DNA of 63,987 nt, the filler included, from Dimargaris cristalligena (taxonomy: Eukaryota): the NCBI GenBank assembly GCA_003614675.1. It is 5 parts of 5 records of this genome, joined end to end, with 100 filler letters (N's around TTAATTAATTAA, not from the genome) between each part and the next. Parts side by side here need not be neighbours in the genome. Positions count along the whole stretch, not along the records: positions 38,574 to 51,264 come from ML003032.1; positions 51,365 to 63,987 come from ML003034.1; 3 more parts are not named here. The stretch is one strand, 5' to 3'. The translations under genes were made by a program, and so were the position numbers. Positions 40,034 through 53,033 of the stretch are shown here, in pieces. The notes beneath the pieces are model-generated. The model had not been told where the DNA came from. It did not search any database and saw only the letters and a list, made by a program, of their open reading frames with translations. Each line of letters opens with the position of its first letter. The first letter of the stretch is position 1.

Positions 40034-43000
40034 TTAGAATAACGATGCGACTGTGCCATCCACTATATCAGGCTCCGGCTTAGGGGCCGGCTGTATTCGG
40101 AAGAGCTGTTGGATCTCGTCAGTGATAGCCCGGCGGGATTCGGCCCGCGCCTGTTTGAAGCGACTTTCCATGTAAAGCGCGGCTGCGGTATCCTTGAAAT
40201 GCAATGTAAGTGCTAGCCGGCCGATTTGGTTTCCCTTATTAGCAAAACTAGGTCGGTAATAGCTGCCAGTAAGACGCAGTTGTCTCCCGGGGGGCAGGGC
40301 GAGTGGTGAGGTGATGGATGACGACCGGGAGGACGATGTCGAACGGTGGGGAAGTAAGGGAGGGGGCGAAGCGGTTGTACTCGCTGAATCCTCCCCGCGG
40401 TCCTGGGTGGATGCCGTTGAAGAAGAGGACTGGCGCCGCGAAGGTAGGAACGCCGAAAGTGGGGGTCCTAGGGTTTGTAGGGGACCAGTGAAGGAGCTGG
40501 TACCGGTACTAGGGCTGCTCATGCTGTTACTGCGCCCCATGGCGGTATTATGGAGGCTGGGCGGAACCCGCTCAATGTAGAAATCGGCCAGCGGAACGGC
40601 AGTGACCACGGTGCCTTGCGAGGGCTTGTCGAGCTGGGTTTTAATGACGACTAGGGAAGTGGGGTCGTCGGATAGCACCATGCCGTGAAATATCTGGCTC
40701 TGTGGCTGAACATGCACCACAACGGGGATATGGGGGTGCTTATCCAGGTTGATCACTTGGCGCTCCCGGAAAGGCGGGGTGGCACTACTTAGGGGAGTGG
40801 TGGGGAATTCGGAGGTCGACAGGGAAATGCCGGGCGAAGTTGGAGTGCCTGTTGTAGGTAAAAAACGGTGAATAAAGAAGCTAACATGTAGAGTACGGCG
40901 CAGTTGCACCGTTGCCGAGTGTCGAAAGGGTAAGTCCTCGGGAAACGTCACTGATGCGTCTAAGATGGCATTGAACATGCGCTGTTCAAAAGTGCGGGTA
41001 TTGAGTTGCCGGAGCTCGCTCACCACTGCCCCCAAGTCGCTGTCCGGGTTAGCGAAATAGGCCCGCAGTTCATCATGGCACCAGCGTTGGGTATCGCGAA
41101 GTAGTTGGGTATGGGGACTGCACACTATCTGCACGGGGTCGGCGGTACGGGTGAGCTCGCCCAGGACGGTGGCACATAGGTCCAGCGCGATGGGTCGGTT
41201 GGACCATTCCGTTTCAGTCAATAGGGCGAGAAGTAGATTGGTCACATTGCGAGAGCGATGTCGAGTAGGGTGGGGAAAAAGGCAGGCGGCTTGTTCCGGT
41301 GACCCGTCACTGGGAATATCAAAAGGGAGGGAATAATCTGGACCGGGGGATGTGCGACCACTGGCCACCGGGTCCTGCTGTTCAACACTCGTGGACTCGA
41401 TTGCGGCCTGATCCCGCGGGGACTGGGAGGCCGTATCGACGGACCCCATTAGGGAATGGAGAATATCCTTGGTTCTACTCAAGCGGCGGGGGCAAAGCGA
41501 AGTTTGGGCCAAGATACTGGGGCTGATGGCCTTATTAATCAGGAGAAAATAACACAGGCTGATAAAGGGTAAAATGAGGGCGTCGGTGGGCTGGTCCCGA
41601 CGAAGGTAGAAGCGATAATCGACTACCGGAGTCACTTCGTCGCCATTCATGGAGATTAATTCGCGTTGCTCGTTGCTGAAGAGCATGGTGGCTACTTCAT
41701 TGATGACCGACGGGTACTTCAGGGTCATTACCAAATGGTTCAAAAATACCAGGGACACATGGGCCTGGGACTGCAGGGCGTCCGTGTGGGGTTTCATTTG
41801 GAAGTCGAGTAGACTAGTGAGAAGGACCGGGTAGAGGAGCTCCGTTCGTAGGGTTTGGGCCAGCGTAAGGTTGATGGTATGGACGCCCAGGCCAAACACA
41901 TCGTTGATGTAGGCGATGGTTTCCAGGTGCTCCTCCAGCACTTGGTTCATCTGAGAGTGATTGGAACCTGCTTTGAGCACCAGTTTGTAGACAACATCGT
42001 GCTTACGCCGGATGGACCGGATTAGACCGTAGAAATAAGTACGACACGACGGATGGTCCATAACCAGGGTTAGGATTTCGGGGGTCATGGTCCGGTACAC
42101 GTTGAGGGTGATTGATTTGACGGCGATTCGCACCATGGTGTCGCTGTGGTCGAAGAATCGAATGGCGGATGTATAGAGCGGGAAATCGCTGGACTTGGCA
42201 TTGAAGAAAAAAGGGATGGTGGCGTCATTAAGCCTTAGAGATAGGGTCTTGAGAAATGAGACGTAATAAGCCAGTACTTCGTCGTTGCCGAAGTCATGAG
42301 GGAAGAGGATGATCTTGTTGATGTAGTTGTTCGATAGGAGATAGAACATAAAGTTCTCGCTCTTGACGCTATCGACGATGATACTGAGGGTCTGCAGAAA
42401 TTGGAGCAACACCTCAAGCGACATATCCCGGTTGAGAAGACTGAAGAAGCGGTGGTGCATCTGCTTTTCTAGAAAGTAGCTATTATATAGTACGGGGGCC
42501 AAATGTGGACCGGGAATCAGGGGCTTTTAGAGGGTTAGTTGCAGTGGGGGGGGGGTAGTCAATCAGATATATTCGGGGGATAGTCCAATTAATAGAAGCC
42601 ATCGTGGCTTAGTAGAGATGCTTACTGAAGGAGGGAAGGAATGGTCACATGTCAGTTTCTATCTGTTACAAATTACTTACCCCAGGAGCTCCGGGTGATG
42701 GCGATCACAATAAATGAGAACTTCCGACAGCTGGCGAATTTTCTCAATAACAAGTTGGGTATCGCTGTGTGGGGTGAACGATGCCAGGCTCCGATCGAGC
42801 GATCTAATAGTGAGTTAAAGTCCGCCAATGGAACTAAACTAACAGATGGTTAATCAAAAGGTATGGCATTATCGCGGATATCTATCGCACACCAGGGCAT
42901 GCTTAATCACTCCTAACCCCACCCCCTATGGTGGGCAATGCGGCATTGGGTAGATAAGGCATCGTTTCTCCCACCCCCATTTGCATCCCCACGTATTGTT

Positions 43001-43278
43001 TTCCAGGCATCTGTGTTGAGGATGCCCGGGGGGCTCAGGGGCAATGAGGCGGTGGCTCATAAACAACCCTGAGAGGTGAACGGCGAGTAGGTGCGTGGGT
43101 GGGCAGAACCCGGCCAGGCATATCCTCGCCCTCTCCTCTTATCCCGGGCTGTTTAGGCATACGATTATGCAAAAAGGAAATACGACAAAAAACGAACTTA
43201 CTCAATTTTCCTCATGTATTGCTCTTTCGGACTTAGCGGAACGCTCGAGGTGGAGCCTAGAAACCATTTTGGGAACAT
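40034..43278 (-). CDS. CLEC16A: CLEC16A/TT9/GOP-1 family protein (FPL domain), endolysosomal trafficking and autophagy
   Basis: Exons 43278-43202, 42803-42681 and 42479-40034 (~881 aa). EKIRQLSEVLIYCD, YFLEKQM, QFLQTLSI, FYLLSNNYINKII, EVLAYYVSFLKTLSLRLN, DFPLYTSAIRFFDHSDTMVRIAVKSITLNVY. Confidence 0.88.
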
Positions 43279-43992
43279 GTTGTCGGGTCGACGAATGGAA
43301 CCAGGCGGAAAGGGCAGAGGCGCAGAGTCCGCTGGCCGAAGGTGAGCATAGGGGCAATGCGGAGGGTTTCAACAAAAACCAAAAAAAAAAGCCGACCGGG
43401 GAACGGAGTTGGTGGTGGAGGGTGCGGGTTGACAAGAAGAGGGTAGGTCGATAGTCGAGCAGCTGGAACGGCCAAAGCGGATATCTCGAAGGCCAAATTA
43501 CACCAAGGAACCGAGGGGAACTAATAGCAAAGAGGAATGCTAAACAGCAACTACTGCAGATGGAGAAGGGTGACAGTGAAATAAAGAGAAGGGAAATAGG
43601 TATTCAGCCGAGGAGCTGGGTTAAAAGAGCGAAAGAGAGAGAAGGCGGGTATGGTGTATAATATGTGTAGAGTAGTGAGTGAGTGGTTCGGCAGATAGGT
43701 TGAGCCCCGAGTCGTGGAGCGGGTCACCCTTTTCTTTCCATGCAGCTGGAGCAACAAGTAACTAGAGGCTTAGGAATTCCCTCCATTGTAGCCTCGATTC
43801 CCCCATTAATAAGCGGTTGGCAACCTAAACCCCTATGCCAACATTGCCTTGTTTCAGGTTTGAGAAGCAGTCGAATTCCCGTTACTTTATATTCCCCAAG
43901 TCGCATGCTCCAACTTCTGCAGCTCCTCAGTGGCTCTTATTGTTCTGAAATTTAGCTTCCGTTCAAATCGTTTCGTCTACCTCTCCCATTCC

Positions 43993-46900
43993 ATGTCACA
44001 ACCCGTCGAGGCCGCCTTGGACCAAGTCCACCAGCTGGCAGGCCGCTGCGAGGCATACGTAGGCCAACAAGGTACGGGCGAACTACCCTAACCACTTTAC
44101 ATACTCCCCGCTTATATTCCATAACATATATATATATTGCCTGTACCACGTGGTAAGCCCGTGTACATATCGTTACAAGTGGGAGGCCCCTCGTTCAGCC
44201 CGGGTGACCTCTCCGTGAATCCATCGACCGTCTCCTCCACCCCTGCTCGACTAACACTTACACCGCTCCCCCATCTTAATGTATTGCCGCCATACCCCGC
44301 CAATAATGGGCCAATTCTTGTATTAGTTATGGCTCGCAAGCTGCCCACTATAGGCGAACCCGTGTCGCACCAGCTGGAGGATAAATCAACTATAGTCCGG
44401 GATGCTTTAACGGCCCTGAGTGCCCTACACGAGTCCGTTATCCAACATGGTATGGCCCTTGGTGACGAGGCGAATGCCAGTATGAAGGAGGTTTTGGGTA
44501 TCCGGGATACCAAAGCCGTCCACACCCTACTGGATTTCATCGTAATCCAGGGCATGTACCCGACGTTCCTTCCCGGGGTAGGCGTACCCCTTTCGCTCCG
44601 CCTAAGATCCCCGGTACTTCCACCAGGTACCGGCTCTACTATCGAAGGTCCCCTCAATCTTGAGGAAGAGCCCCCCGTAGAGGTTCGGTCCCGATTGGGT
44701 TTGTTGGTCCATATCGTAGAACGTCTACAGCCCCTCGTACGGGACGAACGCCCCGATCATGGCTGGACCACCATCCCCAAGATGCTTCTCAGCCGCTACT
44801 TAATAGATCTGTACGCCAGTGCCCTCCAACTCGACTATTTAACGAAAACTCAGCCCGATCTGCTTCGGTCCGCTGAGGCCGGCCTCGCTACTACCATCGA
44901 TGCCGCTGCACTGGTCGACTACCTTGTCCAGCACGCGGATGTATTCCGGTCACTCGAGAGTCTAACCGCCTTAATCAGCGGCCGACCGAACCATCCTGCC
45001 CCACCCCCTTGGCTTCGCCGGGATTGCAGTCAGCATTTAACCTCAATAGTCACTAAACCCGGGGGTATTTCAATCTTGCTCTCCTTTATGCTCGATGGCA
45101 TGGATGCCGCTGATTTGACCGCCGCTAAACTAGAGAACATTACCCGACTCACCCTTGCGGTCCCATCCCATTTCACCTCTCCCGTAGCTTATTACCAAAG
45201 TATTGTGCCCCAGCTCCTCGGATTGCTGGATGATATCATCGGCCAATCCCTTAAGGGTTCCGCCCCGGCCTCGGCCTCCGCGGCTGCTCTGAGCCAGACG
45301 GTGACCTTTATTTTGTCCCGTTTAATCCAGAAGATGCCCAAATACGCCCGGGTCCATATTGCCGCACCCATACTAGCTCCTTTACTTCGGTACTACCCGG
45401 TCAGTCGGATCGCGGTCTTGGGCTTCCCGGTTCCAGTGGAACCCGATCTACCCGCATCGCTGGCCCCCTCCAAACTGGCTTCCGAGAACGAAATAGCCCG
45501 CACCATCGAGGCTCTCCGCCTACTGCTGCTCAACAACGACCCCGCATCCAGTCTGTTTGAACGGCTACTCTTTCCCGTGGTGGAGAGCGTGTACGCACTG
45601 TATGAATTCGGCCAGCGCTCTTCGATAACGGCCAACCCAGTCATCCTCGAGCTTTTATTGTCATTCTTCCGCCTGGTCGATACCGCAACGGCCCAGCTGG
45701 CGTTCAAGCGAATCGTATTTACGGAAGGAAATGCTGAGTGTGCTCCGGGGCCCCACGGAAGTGTCGAACTGCGCCGGAAATCGTCCCCTGCTGAAACCGC
45801 ACCGACCGATTTCAACCAATTCGGTTTGGACTCGTTCATTCAGGCCGCAGTTGACCTACCTACGTTTGTTGACTTCCTCCAGACGCTCCATAATGATACA
45901 CTCGTGGGCGACTTTTTCGTTACCCTACTCCGGGAATATACCCTAGTGGACCCCGCCCTCGATGCCAGATCTGGGGATGATACCCAGCGACTCGGAACTA
46001 ATCTCGCTGTAATGCATTTAATATCACTACTGATGGATAAACTGGGGCCCACCATTCTTAAGCGACCTGGCCAGATTCTGGAATTTGCCAACGGTATCCT
46101 AGAACGCTGGATCCAGGAGTATGAGACGGCATCTGCCACTCGCTCTGTGATTAAGATGCCCCCTCGAGCTAGTTCAAACAAACTTTTGGAGCCTATGGGA
46201 CAATCCTCGTTAAATTTTGTGACGCAGGCTGCCACAGACCCATCCCCTTCAGCCGATACAGATGCCGCGGAGAGTAATCCCCTGTTGGCCGAAATTCGCA
46301 GGCTGGCTGTCGAAGAACCTTCGTCAACCACCACTACCGCCGACTCCGCTGGTGGTATCGAGGAACTTTTACTGGTCCTAAATTTACTAGCGGCCGTACT
46401 AGTGGGTAAGTTAATGGAGTATGTCGGATGGCGGGGTTGGCAACAGACATCCTTCCTTCTTAGCAGTTTATTTTTCATGTTATACAATATGTGAGACCTG
46501 GAGTATGTGCAAATTATCCTCCAAGTTCGATAATTGCGCTAAACCAATTTTGGTAGCACCTCCGCATGATCTAACCTTCTAAATGGCCTTATGTGTATCC
46601 ATTTACAACTCTACCCCTAACCTATCCCCAGAAAACAAATCCCTAGACAGTGCTGATGCCCAGCTACTTGGTGTCACTAGCCACCATCTCAAGGCCCTCA
46701 CAAACATCCCCCATCCCCTAATCCAGGGCACCCTGGCTGATCTAATCGTCAAAGTCGACGCCCGCCAGGCCCGGCAAACCACCGCTGGTCCAGCTGACCA
46801 AGACTCCCAACGCCTCTCCCGCGATCGCTACCAACAGGCCCTTGAAGCCCTCGAAGACGATATTGTGCCCATCCGGGCGCACGGACTCTCCATCCTCCGC

Positions 46901-47725
46901 GACATGATTCTCACTCGTGACCCCTGGCTCAACGACAGTAATCACCCCGGCCGCCTCAACCAGGTCTTCGACCTGTTCGTGCAGTTGATTAAAAACGAGG
47001 ACAGCTACCTCTACCTCAACGCCATCAAATGCCTAGCTGCCTTGACGGATAGCCAGGGGCCGGTGTTCATTCCGAAACTAACGAGCATCTATACGAATGC
47101 CCGGGGGGTGAGTACCCTGGACCACCGGTTGCGTGCCGGTGAAGCCCTGCTACAAACGGTACAGCGCTGTGGAGAGGCGTTGCCCAAATACGTGAATCTC
47201 CTGGTACCTCCCCTTATTTCGGTACTCCTGGATCGCCGCCGTCACACCGAGGTTATTGATCCCGAAACAAGTGAAACGGCCACCCGTAGTAATGACCTCC
47301 CCGGTCAGGGTCAGGCCACCGCCTCCTCCTCGGACTGGTATCACCTAGCGGCGTCAGCTATCGCCATCTTAGGGGTGATGGCCGAAACGTCGGCGTTAAG
47401 CTTACAGCCATGGCTCGAGCAGCTCCTTATCGGGGCCCGCCAGCTTCTACTGGCCCCTCCCACATTTACGGCGAATGGTCCCGAACTGCGCCGCTCCACG
47501 GCCGTATTTCTGGTGTCCCTCCTCCGTGGTCACGCCACCGACTGGTTCCGTACCCTGCCGTCCGGTGCACTACGCGATACCTACCGGTGCTTGAAACACG
47601 TGGAGGCAACCGACCCCGATTTGTTAACGCGCCACCAGGCTCGTGTGGGGTTAGGTGAATTACAGGAGGTGCTTCGCGACTATGTCGATGTGCCTAAACC
47701 GGCTAGTATTGTGATGCTTAACTAA
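43993..47725 (+). CDS. TANGO6: TANGO6/Rtp1 family ARM/HEAT-repeat protein (RNA polymerase II assembly/import factor)
   Basis: Exons 43993-44071, 44327-46405 and 46632-47725 (~1083 aa). RTP1_C-like motifs ALEALEDDIVPIRAHGL, EDSYLYLNAIKCLAAL, DHRLRAGEALLQTV; N-terminal LPGVGVPLSLR. Confidence 0.82.
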
Positions 47726-48443
47726 TGAGTTTATAGTGGGCGTTGCATTGTTACCAGAATAAAACTTATGACGAAATCCGAGTGGGGACTAAGTAAACTA
47801 GTAAATACCGAGGAGGGTTATTTATGGAAAAGATATATAAGTTTAAAATAAGTATTTTATTGAAACATGAAGATCTTTTGAGTATGCGAGTCGCTACTTC
47901 TTTTATATCTATATCTCTGGTATCTGGGTAGAGTGACTGCCGTTCGCTGCTTGTTCGGAGGGGGCCGCTATAGTGAGGGGGTTAGATGGAGCGTTCTCAT
48001 TGGTTGAGATGAGGGGTCATCCTGACTCAGGGTTGTCCGCCCCCTCTGAGGGTTGCAAACTAACTGCCATATGATTTAGAACAGCCTACTTACTTTCTTC
48101 ACTGTAGATATACATTGCAGTGCCAAATATTAAATGTATACACTATGCAATACTGCATTGTTGCCAATAAAAATACACCAATAAGTGAATAGCGCGATGT
48201 TTACTGATGGAGCAGGGGGTTCTATTATTAAAATAATGCGGATAAAATAAAAATGATGTACAATATAGCTCGGTGAGAATAAGAAAAAGTAAAAATGAGG
48301 GAACCGATGCATCGGCGAACCGGATATTCGGAAATGGGAAGATATGCATGCCTTGGTTAGCCTGACCATTCTCTCTCATCACATTTAGTATAGTTTGTCG
48401 AGAGAGGAAGGGATATGGGGTATTCGATTCCGCCCATCCCGTT

Positions 48444-51264
48444 CTACTGAGCCATGGCCGTACCACAGTCATGCCCGCACCCCGTCGGACACAGCGTCTG
48501 TTTACTAAACCAGTTTGCCATATGATCTACATGCCCGCCATGCCCGCACCCCCGACACCACACGACATGTCCCCGGACGGGCAAATGGCACACCACACAC
48601 TGACTAATAATTTTGCGGCACGCCGGGCACGTCCAGTACCCGGTTTCGGTTTGGTGGTTGGTGTACAGGATAATTTCGTGGCAAAAACCGCAGGTGGTTG
48701 GGATTTCCGAGTGTTGGGTGGTGGGTTTTTTGAGGAAGGGGAACAGGGACCGGTTACCAACTTGGGTTGCGGCGGCGTGGAGTTGGAAGAGGCGGAGGAG
48801 TTCGACGTACTGGGAACACCAGTGGTTGAGCTTTTCCCAATCGATCGTCGGTTCGATGAGGGGACGGAAAACGAAGAAGAGAGTGACGCACATTTGGACA
48901 TTCCCTTCGGCGGCGTAGAATTCGATCACGTTTTTCACAAGGAGGAGGACATTATTGAGCGGGGAGGTCGGGTTGACGATGTCGAATCGATATCCACCGA
49001 AATTGACGAAAGGTCGCACGGGTGGTCCAACATGGGCTGAGGAATGGGTGGGGCTTCCCAAGGTCGCAATTGCCCCCTCCCTACCCTTGGTAATCGAACT
49101 GGACAGGGACGTGTTAGGGCCATTGGGTTTATAGCCGGATAAATGGTTGGAATAACCACCACGGTCGGCTCCATGTTGGCCATAATGAGAATTATTCATT
49201 CCTGGGGTTATCGACGGCTGCTTACGGTTAGAACTCAGTGGCGGACAGGGTAGTGACAACGTGGTAGAGTTGGTATTGTAGTGGAAGCTGGCTGGTGTCC
49301 AACTGGTCACCGCCTTGGTAGACGTGTGATCCTTGGCAAGTAGGTCGGGTGGGTAATATGGGGTCTGATATCGCTGTGTGGATGTGGGACGGAAAGGAAC
49401 CGGCAAACCATTATGGAAGGATTGTCCATTGGTTTTTTCATTTTGCTTATTAATCTCCGTATCGGAGGGGATAAGTCCGGAACTTTGAAGAAACATGGCC
49501 AACATATGCCACGTATTACAGGCCCGGTAGTTACCCACTTGTAAGGCCGCCATGGCGTTCTTCTGGCAACTGAGGAGGGGCTGGGACGTGTCGTCACTGT
49601 AATTGGTGGCCAAGTAGACAAAAACATCGGGGTCGAAATGGTAGCTCTGGGCGTCCAATTTAAGGATTCCCATGTGTTGAACCGGCGGGGCGACTGCGGG
49701 CGCCAGTATCAGTTGGAGGCCCCGGGAGACCAGGTCTTGGACCCGCTGAGAGTCGGATAGACGTGTGGACGCCGGGTGTGCCGGTAGTCGAGTGGGGTCC
49801 AGTAAGGACGAATGCGAAATGTCCGATTTAAGGGATCCCTGGGGCATGCCGGGAAGGGTTCCCCGGACGGTACCGTACAGAGCCGCATCGCCATGACCGC
49901 CGCCACTACTGGTACCACCACCCCCCGCCCCTCCACTGGCACTAATGGGCACCACCATGGAAGATTGGGACCCGGACGATAATGGGGCCGCTGTGAGACC
50001 CGAGGCAGTATTGGTGGTGGCAGTGGCAGGAGCGGGTAAGGCGAAGGTGGAAGTGCAGGTCTCATTTATTTCCGCATCGATGCGGGAGAGCAGTAATGGC
50101 GTGGTGGGCGGCAGGGTTAAATGCTGGGGCCGTTGGGCGGTCGCAGCCGAACGGGGGCCACCACCCCCCGATATTAAAGCCGGGATGTTGATTGGGGTTA
50201 CCGTGGCCGGGGACGAGTTGACCGTCGCGGTCATAGTGGTGGTCCCCGTTATCGCCGTGGCCGGGGTTAAAAGTGAGGCTGGCAGGGTGGGATTACTCCA
50301 TACGTTACGTGGAGGACCGCCATTACTACCCGGATGATTTCCGCCGCCTGTGGACGGCCCAGCATCATAGCCATATTGGCCGGGGCGTCGCCCCCCGCCC
50401 CCGTGGAGCCAGGATCGCTCTTTTTCCCGTTGCTGGTTGTGCTTAATTTCCGTGTGCAGTCGCAGGCCGTGCTGAACCATATTTCGCGGCCCCCGTCGAC
50501 ATGTGGTAAACGCCATCTCACCCTGCGGGTTCCACCGCACCCGGCTCCGCGGGAACAGATCCTCCATGATCGCGGCGGCCTTGAAATCGAGCTGCCTTAC
50601 TCTACCCCTTTCACACGCGGCCCAGATTACGGTTTCGTCGCGAAACACAAAGTCCACGACCGGGGCAGGGGACCGGAGAAACGCCCGCGGAAAGGCCGAG
50701 CGATTCAGATTCCAGAGGTAAACGCAGCCGTCGTTGGCACTGTGATTGGAGGCCAGTTCGTCTGGGTGGTCGGGGCGCCAGTGGATGGATTTGAGTCCCC
50801 CTTGGGTTTGGACGGTCCGTTTTACCCCTCGGAAACCGGATTCCTGCATATCCCAAACCATGATCAGTTTGTCGTTACCGGCCGTGGCCAAACAGCGCCC
50901 GTCCGGGTTCCAATGCATGGATTTCACACCCTGGGTGTGGGCAAATACCCGGTCCACAGGGGAGTCTTTGGCCCGGAGGTCGAAACGGGCTATGCCGCCG
51001 TCCTCCTCAGCCACCACGCAGTCATTGGTATCCAACGGATTAATCTGGACATTCACGTAATTTACCGCTTTGCGCCGCTTGACATCGCCGGACCCACCGG
51101 GGGCCCGGACATCCCACTGCTTGAGGCTGCCGTCCGACCCCGCCGTTAGGAAATGAAAAGGTTGTCCGGGACAGTTCACAATCCGGTTAATACGGCAGCT
51201 CTCCTTTTTCACAAAGACGGCCCGACTGCCGTCCGAAAAGGGGTCCCAGCAGTAGACGTACCCG
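48444..51264 (-). CDS. WDR24: GATOR2/SEACAT subunit WDR24 (Sea2/Rtc1), 5'-truncated
   Basis: The frame is open from the gap edge. WD40 repeats (GSDGSLKQWD, AHTQGV, ATAGNDKLIMVWD), GNVQMCVTL, and a C-terminal zinc/RING module CVVCHLPVRGHVVWCRGCGHGGHVDH..WF..CPTGCGHDC. Confidence 0.85.
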
Positions 51265-51364
51265 NNNNNNNNNNNNNNNNNNNNNNNNNNNNNNNNNNNN
51301 NNNNNNNNTTAATTAATTAANNNNNNNNNNNNNNNNNNNNNNNNNNNNNNNNNNNNNNNNNNNN
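51265..51364. other. Artificial contig-joining linker
   Basis: 44 N + TTAATTAATTAA + 44 N. Confidence 0.97.
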
Positions 51365-52382
51365 TTTTCACTTATCTTTTCATTTAGGCTTCCCCTTTTG
51401 AGTATAAATACTCCCCCTTACTGCCACCTCTTGGAACAGTAAGTCTATCACTACCTTTCCCTTCTTATTATCTATTATTTTAAATAAAGTTCAGTTTTCA
51501 AGGATTTAATTTCAGTTCTTTACAGGCCTTATAGTACCATATTAACCTTCCTATGGTTACCTCCGGTACTATGGGATCCCCCTATATTATATAACTATTC
51601 CCTTTCCAGACTCCTCAGTTCATACTAATCACTCCAGTGCTAATTCAAAGACCCTTCCAGTTACCACCTGAGTCTTCCAGATCCTCACAGCTGACTGGTT
51701 GGCCTATTTTATCTTACCCTAGTCTTAGTAGTAGTCTTCCCTTGGGATATCCCTCTGGAGCTATCCCCACATATATATAACTAGGCCCCTATGGGACTAG
51801 TTAGATTCCTTAGCTTATTCTTACCCCTAGTTTATCCCTAATAGACTCTATATATGCTCACTCCCTCATATTAACTAGCAAGTATTCCTACTGCATGTCC
51901 CTTGTATATACCTACCACTAAGTCTTTATTAGTTAGTACCATACTCTGTACCTAATACTAATAGCCTACTTAGCTGAGTCTAAGTACCACTTACCATTAA
52001 ATGCCTATCCTTAGGACTCTTGACAGACTAAGAGTGGTTAACCTGGGTAACATCACACACATTCAATAGTGAGTATACAACTATCACTATTCATTATAAT
52101 CTACTTTTTAATAAAATACTATTAGTTTTTATATACTGTCCAGGATTGATAATATTTTTTATAACTATCCCCACCAGTCTAATGGAATGATTGCATCCAC
52201 CACCAGAACAGGCTTTTCCAACATGACAAATGCCCTATTTTTCATTGGTAGGATATCAGCTTTGACATTCTTAGGATATGAAGAAAAGTAGACAATGCCC
52301 TTCACTCACAACCCATAAAAAAATAGCTGTACACACCTATACTAGTACCCAAACAATTTGGTATCCAATGATGTTTGCTTCT
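51365..52382. repeat. CpG-depleted, TpA-rich decayed sequence (probable mutated repeat or transposon relic)
   Basis: One CpG (51564) in 1018 nt by manual count; no ORF of 60 aa or more in the track; lies at a contig end. Element family not identifiable. Confidence 0.5.
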
Positions 52383-52739
52383 CGCTTGACTATTAATGGG
52401 AAATGGTATTAAAGAGAATTATTGTGCTAGACTACTTTCCAATGTTTTCTATTAGTCAAATACCCGCCAACTTCCTAGATCATTCCTAAGCCCTAAATAC
52501 TTCTGAACTAATTGTAACATATATCAAATGAAGTGAATTTTATTGGTAATCTGAAATGCGATAACGTATCAATGTAAATATTGGTGTTATTTTCACAAAT
52601 GACGGGCAGGGTTTTCTTGGCGGAATGTACTCGTGTTCAACCAAAGCGGACAAGTGTGGTGTAAATTCTCGCTGCTTGTTCCGGCACACTGGTATTTGAG
52701 TAAAGTGAGCGGCTTGGAGTTATAGCCTGCCATTCCTGT

Positions 52740-53033
52740 CTAATACTCCTTGCGAGTCTTGAGATTCACTTGGCCAGAGGTATTCCGACGCGGATGATCA
52801 GATCCAGCGGAACTTGCTTTGGAATTCTGGCGAGGAGTGTCCAGGTTGGTATCATAAGAGTTGGGTTTCTGGTATACCATATCTTTGTTGACAGGTTCAG
52901 GTAAAACATGGCCCGAGGATAGTGAACGGCGGCTCAATTGGCCGAAGGAGTTGGGAGTGGTGAGGACAGTGCCGTGGCTGTAAGCGACCATGGTTGTCAA
53001 GGTGAGGGTAAACACGGTGGTCTGAATGTACAT
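52740..53033 (-). CDS. Small hypothetical secreted protein (97 aa)
   Basis: ATG at 53033; signal-peptide-like MYIQTTVFTLTLTTMVAYSHG; dibasic LSRR site; upstream TATAAATA at 53212-53205. Confidence 0.5.
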   Translation of the reverse strand: MYIQTTVFTLTLTTMVAYSHGTVLTTPNSFGQLSRRSLSSGHVLPEPVNKDMVYQKPNSYDTNLDTPRQNSKASSAGSDHPRRNTSGQVNLKTRKEY

